Source: an uncultured Acidobacteriota bacterium
GTDB lineage: Bacteria; Acidobacteriota; Thermoanaerobaculia; Gp7-AA8
Length of the DNA: 64,000 nucleotides
Direction: 5' to 3'
Assembly (NCBI GenBank): GCA_963741955.1
Contig: CAVUKB010000009.1
Coordinates: 53,165-117,164 of the forward strand
This document shows, piece after piece, positions 54,266 to 63,996 of the stretch. The notes under the pieces were generated by a model, which had not been told where the DNA came from, ran no database searches, and saw only the letters and a list, made by a program, of their open reading frames with translations. Numbering within the stretch: the stretch's first letter is position 1; every line of letters begins with the position of its first letter. The position numbers and the translations under genes are program-made.

Positions 54266-54553
54266 ATGGATGCGGTAGTTATCGTCGGAATCGTTACATC
54301 TTGCCTCGCGTTGTCGTTGATATTGCTAGCAAACATTGTTCTCGTCATGATGATCGGCGAAATCAATCGCGCGCGGGAACAGGGCAAGCTCGTGCCTTGC
54401 ACCGTCTTCCCACTTCCTAAGATGTTACGGATACTTGGAGAATACAAGCGGCTATACCCGGCGGGAGAGCTGCTTGTGTACGCACTCGCTGCTGCCGCAT
54501 TGGCTCTAATAGGGCTCATAAGCCTTGCTGTATGGCTTCGGAGCCTGGCCTAG
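54266..54553 (+). CDS. Orphan two-TM immunity protein (duplicate of 52388)
   Basis: Translation identical to 52388-52675. Confidence 0.75.
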   Translation: MDAVVIVGIVTSCLALSLILLANIVLVMMIGEINRAREQGKLVPCTVFPLPKMLRILGEYKRLYPAGELLVYALAAAALALIGLISLAVWLRSLA

Positions 54554-54580
54554 GTGCGTATCGAGCGAAACCTCTACGAA

Positions 54581-55981
54581 CTCACCGAGTCGACCGCGGC
54601 GCAGTTCGCGCCGGGCATCACCAAACAATATGCGTACGATCCGTTCGGGAACCTCGTCACCACCACGACGAAGCAGAGCGGGCATGGGGACGAGGTCTTC
54701 TCGACTCCGGTGTCCGGGAAGACGAACCATCTGTCGGGCGCGAGCTACGACGCGGCGGGAAACCAGCTCGGGTGGATCACGCGCTCGATGAAATACGACG
54801 CGTTCGGGCAGGTGGTGCAACTGCTCGACACGTACACGAATCAGGCGTACATCTACACGGCGGAGGGGGAGCGGCTCGCGACGTACGACGCGATGACCGA
54901 CCGGACGAGCTGGAAGATCCGCGACCTCGGCGGGCGGGTGCTGCGGGAGTTCCTGAACGCACCGGTGAACGGGGTCGCGAACTGGAGCTGGAAGGAGGAC
55001 TGGATCTGGCGCGGCTCGGTGCTCCTCGGCGCGGCGACCCTGCAGGGGAACCGGCACTTCGACGTCGACCACCTCGGGTCGGTGCGTCTGATCACCGACG
55101 ACGCGAAGAACGTCCTCTCCCGTCACCAGTACTGGGCGTACGGCGAGGAGGCGACGTCCGGCAGCCAGGACTCGGAGGTGATGAAGTTCGCGGGCCAGGA
55201 GCGCGACTTCGGGACGTACTATCCGGACGGCTTGGACTACATGCACGCCCGCTATTACGACAATCGCCTGTCGCGGTTCACGACCATGGACCCGCTCGGC
55301 GGCTCACCTGGCGCACCCCAGAGCTGGAACCGCTACGGGTACGTGCTGGGAAGTCCGGTGACGCTGGTGGATCCGTACGGGTGGGCACCGGCGAGCGGAT
55401 CGAGCGGAGGCTCTTCGAACGGAAATCCGGAGGACTGTCGCGAGGATGGGCACGGGAACGTGATCTGCGGTGGAGAAATTACCGTTACTGCCAATAACCC
55501 GTTCTACCGGGGCACGTTCTTCTGGGATCGGGGATGGGAACACAGCATCTTCAGCTCAACGCTTCGATGGTATGTCGGGCGGCATGTGAAAGGACTTGTC
55601 GAACACCACAGACAAGAGCAGCTCTACGCGGAAAACTGGGTCGATTCCCAAGGCCGAGACGCCGTTAACGCTTGTGGGGCTGGCGTTCACGAGGCGTGCG
55701 CGCATGTTGAGATTCTTGGCGGAACGCTGATTATCGGTACACCGGGCGCGACCGTCCTCAGAACCGAGGCAGCGAACTTGGCTGAGCAGCTTACTCTCGA
55801 GGAAGCCCAGGCCGGCGCAGGCCGGCGTATCATGCAGGGAGGGATCAAGGATCCACAGTACCCTGAGAGCGAATGGGCCAAGATGCACCACTCACAGGAT
55901 TCGTTAAGATACGGGACGATCGTCGTTCACTACTGGATGAATCTGGTCACGGGCGCCATAGAAGGGTTTAAATTCAAGTGA
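54581..55981 (+). pseudogene. Orphan Rhs cassette 7 (core + shared pre-toxin block + putative nuclease tip)
   Basis: Tip NLAEQLTLEEAQAGAG...DPQYP...WAKMHH...VHYWMNLVTGAIEGFKFK. Confidence 0.85.
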
Positions 55982-56475
55982 TATTACGAGAAACTCACTC
56001 GATCGGTCTCCGAGTCATGGTATCCATGAATACGCTGGATTTGTTATCCGACGACGATGTAGAGCAACTGGCCACGAGGTTACTGTTGGACGGATTCGAT
56101 TCTTACAATCTCAGAATCTTGGCCAGTGGTGAGGGATCCGTGACGACCGAAGGAGCGCGCACAACCCTAGCCCGGGTATTTGACGAGATCGGCGAACCGA
56201 GAGTCGACTCGGTGGAGGCCGCGAGGACATACGCTCGTTGGGTCGCGGAGGGAATCGTCAACGGTGAAGTCGAACCATATAGGGGAGCACGAGAGATTTG
56301 GAAGGTCGCACAGAAGGTTGGTCTGGAGAGATTGACGGAACTGCACCCGTTCATATACGCGGCCGCCGAGTACGAGGACCGGCCTGAGGATCGACCCTTT
56401 TTCCAGGACGCGATCAAGCGCGAAGCATCCGGCTTGCTTGATCGTCAAAGCCCTGCGGTCGAGGGCGAACGGTGA
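55978..56475 (+). CDS. Putative immunity protein (cassette 7)
   Basis: GTGA overlap with the toxin stop; helical acidic protein LLLDGFDSYNLRILA...IVNGEVEPYRGAREIW. Confidence 0.75.
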   Translation: MILRETHSIGLRVMVSMNTLDLLSDDDVEQLATRLLLDGFDSYNLRILASGEGSVTTEGARTTLARVFDEIGEPRVDSVEAARTYARWVAEGIVNGEVEPYRGAREIWKVAQKVGLERLTELHPFIYAAAEYEDRPEDRPFFQDAIKREASGLLDRQSPAVEGER

Positions 56476-56534
56476 AGTCACACTGCGACTATTCACTTGA
56501 GCGGCCGTTCACGATGTTGGGAGCGAGAATAGGG

Positions 56535-57973
56535 AGGTGAAGTCCATCGGGTCGGACCACTTCCTCTACGACAAGGTGGGACGGCTCACCGAGTCGACCG
56601 CGGCGCAGTTCGCGCCGGGCATCACAAAGCAGTACGCATACGATCCGTTCGGAAATCTGGTCACCACCACGACGAAGCAGAGCGGGCATGCAGACGAGGT
56701 CTTCTCGACTCCGGTGTCCGGGAAGACGAACCATCTGTCGGGCGCGAGCTACGACGCGGCGGGAAACCAGCTCGGGTGGATCACGCGTTCGATGAAATAC
56801 GACGCGTTCGGGCAGGTGGTGCAACTGCTCGACACGTACGTGAATCAGGCGTACATCTACACCGCGGAGGGGGAGCGGCTCGCGACGTACGACGCGATGA
56901 CGAACCGGACGAGCTGGAAGATCCGGGACCTCGGCGGGCGGGTGCTGCGGGAGTTCCTGAACGCACCGGTGAACGGGGTCGCGAACTGGAGCTGGAAGGA
57001 GGACTGGATCTGGCGCGGCTCGGTGCTGCTCGGCGCGGCGACCCCGCAGGGGAACCGGCATTTCGACGTCGACCACCTCGGGTCGGTGCGTCTGATCACC
57101 GACGACGCGAAGAACGTCCTCTCCCGTCACCAGTACTGGGCGTACGGGGAGGAGGCGAGCTCGGGGTCGCAGGACGCGGAGGTGATGAAGTTCGCGGGCC
57201 AGGAGCGGGATTTCGGGACATACTATCCGGACGGCATCGACTACATGCACGCCCGCTACTACGACAACCGCCTCTCGCGGTTCACGACGATGGACCCGCT
57301 CGGCGGCAGCCCTGGCGCTCCGCAGAGCTGGAACCGCTACGGGTACGTGCTGGGAAGTCCGGTGACGCTGGTGGATCCGTACGGGTGGGCACCGGCGAGC
57401 GGATCGAGCGGAGGCTCTTCGAACGGAAATCCGGAGGACTGTCGCGAGGATGGGCACGGGAACGTGATCTGCGGTGGAGAAATTACCGTTACTGCCAATA
57501 ACCCGTTCTACCGCGGAACGTTCTTCTGGGATCGGGGATGGGAACACAGCATCTTCAGCTCAACGCTTCGATGGTATGTCGGGCGGCATGTGAAAGGACT
57601 TGCCGAACACCACAGACAAGAGCAGCTCTACGCGGAAAACTGGGTCGACGCTCAGGGCAGAGACGCCGTCACCGCATGTAATGCCGGAGTTCAGGAAGCC
57701 TGCGCACATGTTCAAGTACTTGGTGGAGCATTGGTCATCTCGTTCGGGCATGGCGCCCCTCACCTCGCCGGTACTGAATTGGAAGGTGAAGCAGCAATGG
57801 TGGAGACGGCGATTGAAAACCGCATCCGAGCAGAACTGGCCGGCGGAGGCGTCGCGACCGGATACTTCCGCGGACGAATGGAAATTCTCGGCCGAGTTGT
57901 TGAATATCGGGCGTACACGCTCGCGAATGGTGCGATCCACGTCGGGACGTACTTTATGCCTTTCCTCCCATAA
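56535..57973 (+). pseudogene. Orphan Rhs cassette 8 (core + shared pre-toxin block + putative BECR-fold RNase tip)
   Basis: Tip SFGHGAPHLAGT...VEYRAYTLANGAIHVGTYF. Confidence 0.85.
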
Positions 57974-57994
57974 ACCCTACTCGAAGAGGAACGA

Positions 57995-58363
57995 ATGCGC
58001 AAAACCACGAAAAGCGAGTCTCAGTTGATGGAACGGTTGCTATCCATCGATTTTCCAGGTTGTACCGAACTGCGCCAACAACTCGAGCGCGCATCCGTCG
58101 AAGAAATCGATGAGAATGGCAGTCTCCGGTTTCATATATTCGGCCAATTCTCGCCGGCTCCGGTACTCGAGTCGGTTCCCGTGTCGGCCGAGGCTCTCGA
58201 TAGCGACGGAATGCTGGTGGCCGCGCTCGTCCACGTGCGTGCGGGGAGGTTGTGGGAATTGGAACTCTATCGAGCAGATGGTGAGCGACTTACGCATGTT
58301 CCGACCGCAGAACATTTCACTCCCTTCGCGCCGCAGTCCCACTCAAACAAACCGGTTTGCTAA
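57995..58363 (+). CDS. Putative immunity protein (DUF6984-like)
   Basis: LLSIDFPGCTELRQQL...GSLRF...PVSAEALDSDG...LVHVRAGRLWELELYRADG pattern; GAGGA RBS. Confidence 0.75.
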   Translation: MRKTTKSESQLMERLLSIDFPGCTELRQQLERASVEEIDENGSLRFHIFGQFSPAPVLESVPVSAEALDSDGMLVAALVHVRAGRLWELELYRADGERLTHVPTAEHFTPFAPQSHSNKPVC

Positions 58364-58485
58364 CGGGAACAGTTCTGTAAATCCACAAACGGAGGAGATA
58401 ATTAATAGGCGCGGGAGTCGTGAAGGCTTGGGCTGGGCGGCCCGGTCTCCACAGCCGGCGCATGGGCCAGCTCCGTCTCGTGTCG

Positions 58486-60812
58486 ATGAAGTTCGCGGGC
58501 CAGGAGCGGGATTTCGGGACGTACAACCCGGATGGTGTGGACTACATGCACGCCCGCTACTACGACAACCGCCTCTCGCGCTTCACGACGATGGACCCGC
58601 TCGGCGGCAGCCCTGGGGCACCCCAGAGCTGAAACCGCTACGGGTACGTGCTGGGAAGTCCGGTGACGCTGGTGGATCCGTACGGGCTCAAAGACAGGTT
58701 ACCGACGGGGACAGGTGGATCCGACGACTGCGGCTCGATCGAAAAGCCCTGCAACATCGACGTGGTCGCGCCCGAACCTGGCCCGGGTGCACTGCTCGAT
58801 GACGCTGAAATCATGCGCGTGATGAACGGGTTCAAGGGTCTTAAAGGTGTGTAGGTGGGTGTTGTGGAGGTGAGGAGGGAGGCTGTTTTGAGGAGCAGTG
58901 GTGTTGGAAGGTTGGAGCGAAGTGTGGAAGTGGAACGCGAGGGGGTTTTGCGTTCCCATTGCGCGTGGGAAGGATCTGAAGGAGCGAAAGTGCTGCTGTG
59001 GAGAGGTGAAGATCGAAGCAGCGATAGCAGGTTGGAATCGGCGAACGTGCTGCATTTGTAGTTGTAGTGATGAAACCAAGACAGGGGAGGACAGGCACGG
59101 TGCGCTGACGACATTGTTCCGGAAGTTGCTAAATGGCAAACGTAACGGTTGCGGGGTTGGTTGAAGCTCGGAGTCTCTATCTGACGTGAGTCCAACGTGG
59201 AGACGTCCGCGGTGCGGAGGGTGCGGGGGTTGCTGAGCTTCAGGAACGGTGATGAAGCATCGCGAATGGCGTCATCTCGGCCTCTGGGGATGCCGGGTGA
59301 TGCTGGGGCGGATCTGCGCGGGTGCGTTGCGCCGCTGCGGGGTGCGAACGGCCGCGGTTCCGTGGGCACGGCCTGGTTCGATGTTCACGCGCGTTGAAGA
59401 CGAGCTTGCCTGGTTTCTGCAGCGATCAATCAAACCGCGGTCTCGGCGTACTTCAAGGTCAGCTGGCTCACGGCCGGACGGATCGCCGCTCGAGTGGTTG
59501 CCGAAAAACGCGACCCGAACGCGCTCGAGAATCTGACCGGATCGGCATCGACGAGATCTGCTGGGGGCGGCCGAAGAAGTTCATGACCGTGGTCACGAAC
59601 CACGAGACCGGGCAGATGATCTGGGCGGCGAAGGGTAAAAGTGCAGAGGTTCTCGACGGGCTGTTCGATCTGCTCGGCCCCGAGCGCTGCGCGCGAATCC
59701 GTCTGGTGAGCATCGACATGAGCGCGGCCTTCGAGAAAGCTGTTCGCGACCGACTGCCGAACGCCGAGGTCGTTTTCGATCGGTTCCACGTGGTCCAACT
59801 CCTCGGGAATGCGATCGATCAGGTGAGGCGGGACGAGATGCGAAAGGCCACCGGCGAGGAGCGCTCCGCTCTCAAATCCACTGGGTTCGTCCTCCTGAAG
59901 AACCCCTGGAACCTGCGTGATGCCGAGGAGGCGAAACTCTCGGAGCTCGCGCGGATGAATCACACCCTCTTTCGCAGTTACCTGGTCAAGGAATCCTTTC
60001 AGGACATCTATGACTCCTCGTCCGTCCGCCAAGCTGATCGACGGTTCAAGCGCTGGTATCAGTCCGCGGTTCATAGCCGCATTCAACCCCTCGTTCGCTT
60101 CGCGCGAACCGTCGCGGCGAAATGGCCTGGCATCCGCCGTTACTTCGAGTATCGACTCACGAATGCAGTTGCTGAAGGCTGCAACAACAAGATCCGAATG
60201 CTCAGTCACCGCGCTTTCGGCTTTCACACCGCGGAAGCTCTGATCGCAATGGCGTTCCTCTGTACGTCAGCAATCGCATTCCATCTCTCGGCTATGAACG
60301 CTAACATGAGGAGATCCGAAAACGGAGGTCATGCCGTCTGGTCGAGTTTCATGCCGCGAGAGACTTCAATTCGTGCGGCTGACCCGTCGCGGACGGGTCC
60401 CGGATGGAGGCATGGCTGGTTCACAGGCATGGGCTACAGTGGAACTGCGGTAGCAGGAGGAGGGGGGGGAGGAGTAGGTGTATTCTGGGCGCATACTCTG
60501 ACGTCGAATGGGCCTCAGGATAACGTCCTGGGGACAACGGTTTCGTTCGGAGGGGGCGTGAATCTCGGAGAGGGGCCGTATCTCCTCTTTGGCCGCGGAA
60601 CCGCGGACGCGATGGGTGGGATGAGCGGTTCGTTCAATGCGAACTTGCTGCTGTTTTCGTTTTCTGTCATGACTTCCAACGGCTCTCCATTTGCGGTGGC
60701 AATCGGCCCCGGGCGGAATTCGAAGATTCCCCTCCCGATGTTCAGTACGCATTTCGAACACGCGGAGATTCTTACGAATGGAGATGTTTGGAGGTTTCTT
60801 GGCCTCAAATAG
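58486..60812 (+). pseudogene. Orphan Rhs cassette 9 (short core with nonsense codon; tip interrupted by ISL3)
   Basis: MKFAGQERD... with W-to-TGA at 58630. The tip resumes after ~60318 and ends EHAEILTNGDVWRFLGLK, homologous to the cassette 2 tip. Confidence 0.75.
59045..60317 (+). mobile_element. ISL3 family element, transposase frameshifted in its 5' part; left boundary uncertain
   Basis: RIGIDE, VSIDMSAAFEKAV, VFDRFHVVQ and LTNAVAEGCNNKIR...AFGFH motifs. Frameshifted N-terminal zinc finger and VPWARPGS. Right end GGAGATCC at 60317. Confidence 0.85.
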
Positions 60813-60825
60813 GAGTCGCGAGACG

Positions 60826-61137
60826 GTGAGCATTCTGCGCCGATCCTACTGTTCGCCTCGTTCGCGGGCACTGAGCCTGATTCTCGCGTGGTACATCGGC
60901 GCGGTCGCTCTGAGCGCGGCCGCCCTCGCCGTTTCGCGGTGGATTTTCGTGGCTATTGGAATCTACGGCTTGATATTGAATATAGCCGCATTCTCGATAA
61001 GATGTCCCCGCTGCGGGAAGAGAATATTTGTTCGCACCGCGCGGCAGCATACTTCGCCCTTTCAAATCTACACATGGCCCCCATTGGAATGCGACCAGTG
61101 CGGAGCGGACCTGCGTCGTTGCCGTCGGGCATCATAG
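60826..61137 (+). CDS. Putative immunity protein: 2 TM + zinc ribbon (paralog of 45603)
   Basis: Two TM helices, then IRCPRCGK...CDQCG. Confidence 0.75.
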   Translation: MSILRRSYCSPRSRALSLILAWYIGAVALSAAALAVSRWIFVAIGIYGLILNIAAFSIRCPRCGKRIFVRTARQHTSPFQIYTWPPLECDQCGADLRRCRRAS

Positions 61138-61289
61138 TGAATACAGCAATCGGCCCCCGCTTGCGTTCGCGTTTTGACCGGGATCATTTGGGCCGGCACT
61201 GTGGGCTCATGGCTTGAACTGTGGGGTCAGGGCTTCGTCTATCGGTCCTCACCCCCCCCTAACTCTTTGTCACGGCGGTACTTCGGCGC

Positions 61290-62009
61290 CTATTCGCACG
61301 ATTCTCGAGTTTCCGGCAGATGGTTCGCCACACGGTCCGCAAGGCAGATCATTCCTCGCTTCAGATATCCGATCACCCGCTGCGCGATCGTCACCTCTCC
61401 CACCCCGTATGCGTCCATCACCGCCCCGAACAATACGTGCGTTCCATTCTCCAGGAGCGATACGAATCGAATCCGCGGATAGGCAGTCTTCCCACGCGAA
61501 CTGCCCGGTCGCCCGAACGCTCGCTCATTCTCGTCGGAATCGGCCACTTCGACTGAACTTCCGTCCATGCTCACAACTCGCCAGGTTCGATAGAACGCAC
61601 CCGGCGATTTTCGAGCTGCTATCGGCCCGACCAGATCGCGATACAACCGCTCGAGCACTTCGAATCCAAGCCGCTTCCGCGCCTTGGTGATCGCGGTATC
61701 TGTGCTCAGCTCCACATCCGTCGGCCACACCCATCGACTCTTCTCCAGCAACCGACGCAGCACTTCACGGCATCCCACGCTCGCGAACAACCCCAGCGCG
61801 ATCACGTAGTACACCATCAGTGTCGCCGGAAGCTTTCGAACCCTCTTGCTCTGCCGCCCCAGCTCCTCGAGGATCGCTTCCACCTTCTTCGCCGGAAACG
61901 CTTCGTCGAATACCTCCAACCGCACCTCCGAAGCTCGATATTCGGTTCGCCCCATCACTCCCGCCCTCCCTCTTCCTATGGTGCCACACCCCTTAAGTTC
62001 GGGCCATTG
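61290..62009 (-). mobile_element. Truncated IS4 family element (left IR + transposase N-terminal half)
   Basis: IR CAATGGCCCGAACTTAAG (62009-61992). RKLPA...VYYVIALGLF, AITKARKRLG, VSMDGS, LENGTH and LADR motifs, then abrupt loss of homology. Confidence 0.88.
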
Positions 62010-62114
62010 GAGCTAAGTGCCAGTCGATTTGAAGATTGCATCGAATTACAGGAGCAGAGATACGAGGGTGTGACCCCACTCCTTCCTCGCCGGCGCAGGT
62101 TGGGCGGCGGAGCG

Positions 62115-63095
62115 TCAGGGCGAGGGCGGCGGGCGCTTGCCCGAGGATTGCGCGATCGAGGTCACGATCCTGTCGATCGCTTCTTCGAGCGTTCCCCGTC
62201 CATCGAGGTAGGGAAGCCAGACCTTCTCGACCGCGTCGCGATACATCGGCCATGCGCGCGTGAAGAGATCGACGGACGAGGGAACGAAGCCGGCGTTCCC
62301 CCGCTCGACGAACAGGCGTCGCGTCAGCTCGCTCGACGTGGCGAAGATAATGGCGTGCCACAGGTCGTGCGGAGGACGGATGCCCAGACGCTCGGCCGTG
62401 CCGTTGATCGCCTCGGCCACAGTCCCCCGGTTCGGACCCACCACCGCATGAGAGCTCTCGTGCAGGAGCATCTCCAGCGCGCGCAGTCCCTGGTAGCCCT
62501 CGTCACGACAGGACATGGTGGTGATCCATCCTCCCGAAAGGCCCTGGAACGTGTATGCGCCGTACGGACCCGCAGCCGGCGTGACGTAGACGAGCACCCG
62601 CGCCGGCCACGGCGTGCGATAAACGGCCTCGTGCTCGTGAATCAGCCGCGGTCCTTCTGCGGCTGCCATGGCCGATGCGTAAGCGATGAAGAAGCGATTG
62701 GCCTTCTCGTCCGCCGGCCATTCGTGGATCCGGTAGACGGGAGCGGCGCGGGTGAGAGCTTCGGCCAATGGCGAGTCGATCAGCGGCTCCCGGGCATCGT
62801 CGGCGAGCTGGGTAATGGCGTCGCTCGTCGTCTCCATGCTCCTGGCAAAGGTCATGTCGCCGTTTCCCGGGGCGGCCGCGCGGTATGCGGCCACGGACTG
62901 GTTCCACGCCGCCTGCTCCTCCGGCGACCATCCGTTGAGATCGCGGGGCTGTGCTCTCGTGGCATCGTCGATCAGCCTCTGATGAAGGCTCATCCAGAAG
63001 CTGTCATGGAATTCCCAGATGGAGGCTCGCACGACTTCACTGGCGCGTGCGTGGAACGAGAGGGCGAGCAGCAACGCAACCGCGGCGATTCGCAT
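62115..63095 (-). CDS. Secreted protein with HExxH motif (putative zinc metallopeptidase)
   Basis: Signal peptide MRIAAVALLLALSFHARA; EMLLHESSH and downstream WHAIIF. Confidence 0.7.
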   Translation of the reverse strand: MRIAAVALLLALSFHARASEVVRASIWEFHDSFWMSLHQRLIDDATRAQPRDLNGWSPEEQAAWNQSVAAYRAAAPGNGDMTFARSMETTSDAITQLADDAREPLIDSPLAEALTRAAPVYRIHEWPADEKANRFFIAYASAMAAAEGPRLIHEHEAVYRTPWPARVLVYVTPAAGPYGAYTFQGLSGGWITTMSCRDEGYQGLRALEMLLHESSHAVVGPNRGTVAEAINGTAERLGIRPPHDLWHAIIFATSSELTRRLFVERGNAGFVPSSVDLFTRAWPMYRDAVEKVWLPYLDGRGTLEEAIDRIVTSIAQSSGKRPPPSP

Positions 63096-63564
63096 CCGAC
63101 GATTCTACGTTTTGGACCACGATGTGGACCGCCGGCGGTGCAACGAAAGGGTGAAAAGCGCGCCGGATCCTCGAGGAGCGCGGCCGTCGGGCAACGCCTT
63201 TACCTCAACGGCTGATCGTGCCAGTGCTCCGGGCGAGGCACCGGTATAGGGCTGACCATTAGCAGGCGTTGCCAACAGGGGCGGGCGAAGCTGTGCCGCG
63301 TTTCGCGGCTGCGATCGGTGCGTTCCCGTTCGGATGAGTTTCTGATTCAGCAGTCCCGTCGTCTCGGTGAAGCGATATCGGATCAGCTCGTCCGCACCAG
63401 CCACGAATCAGGATCAAGGCATCGGAAGAGTTGATCGACGTCACCCCTGACGCACTCGGCGCCCCGGAAACGGAGCGGTCGAGCGAGAGCGTGTCCAGGG
63501 AAAGGGCACAGAAACTGTGGCTCACCGGCTCACTCAGAAGATCGCGCCAGGCGGGGAGCTGGGA

Positions 63565-63831
63565 TCAGGAGTCTTCTCCGGACCCGGCTCCGCCCTCGAG
63601 GCGTGCACGCACTGCTGCGACTATCTTCCGACCCGAGGGTAGAACGCCAAGGACTGCGGCCAACCCCCCATCGACGACGACATCGCCGTCCACGAGGATC
63701 TTGTACTCGCCGTATCGACCGTGCTGCTGGTCCACCTCCGTCTTCAGCTCTCGCCGCAGCCTTGCCGCCACACGGACGGCATGAAGACCAGACACTCAGA
63801 ATGCGCAGTAGCGGACCACGATCCTGGCCAT
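63565..63831 (-). CDS. Rdx-family (SelW/SelT-like) selenoprotein, CxxU
   Basis: AAAGGAGG RBS and ATG at 63831. MARIVVRYCAF-TGA-VSGLHAVRVAARL...GRYGEYKILVDG in frame. SECIS-like hairpin right after the UGA. Confidence 0.8.
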
Positions 63832-63937
63832 TCGAGCCTCCTTTCGTGCATGGCGCTCGAGGTTGCTGCCCCGTGAACCCCCCGGACAATCAGGACAGGT
63901 CTCGAGATCTCGGAACCACTTTACTCCCGAAAGAGAG

Positions 63938-63996
63938 TGACGGGAAGATCAGGGCCTGACGGGAAGATCAGGGCCAGGCCTTCGGAAGCTCAGGGC
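63938..63996 (+). repeat. 19-bp direct repeat at the window edge
   Basis: TGACGGGAAGATCAGGGCC x2 plus degenerate CGGAAGCTCAGGGCC. Confidence 0.7.

Larger units (their letters stand above)
51825..55554 (+). repeat. Tandem duplication with a 1878-bp period
   Basis: 51825-53676 is repeated at 53708-55554; ORFs 52388/54266 and 52676/54554 are offset by exactly 1878 bp. Confidence 0.9.

Noticed and set aside
42980-58700. Diversity-generating retroelement explanation for the repeated cores
   Set aside because: No reverse transcriptase, and differences are not adenine-specific; orphan Rhs cassettes explain the repeats.
58855-59045. HicA-like fragment (VPIARGKDLKE)
   Set aside because: Similarity is too weak, and the region looks like corrupted toxin-tip or low-quality sequence.
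61148-61166. Possible right IR of the IS4 element (CAATCGGCCCCCGCTTG)
   Set aside because: Too degenerate and no matching target duplication.
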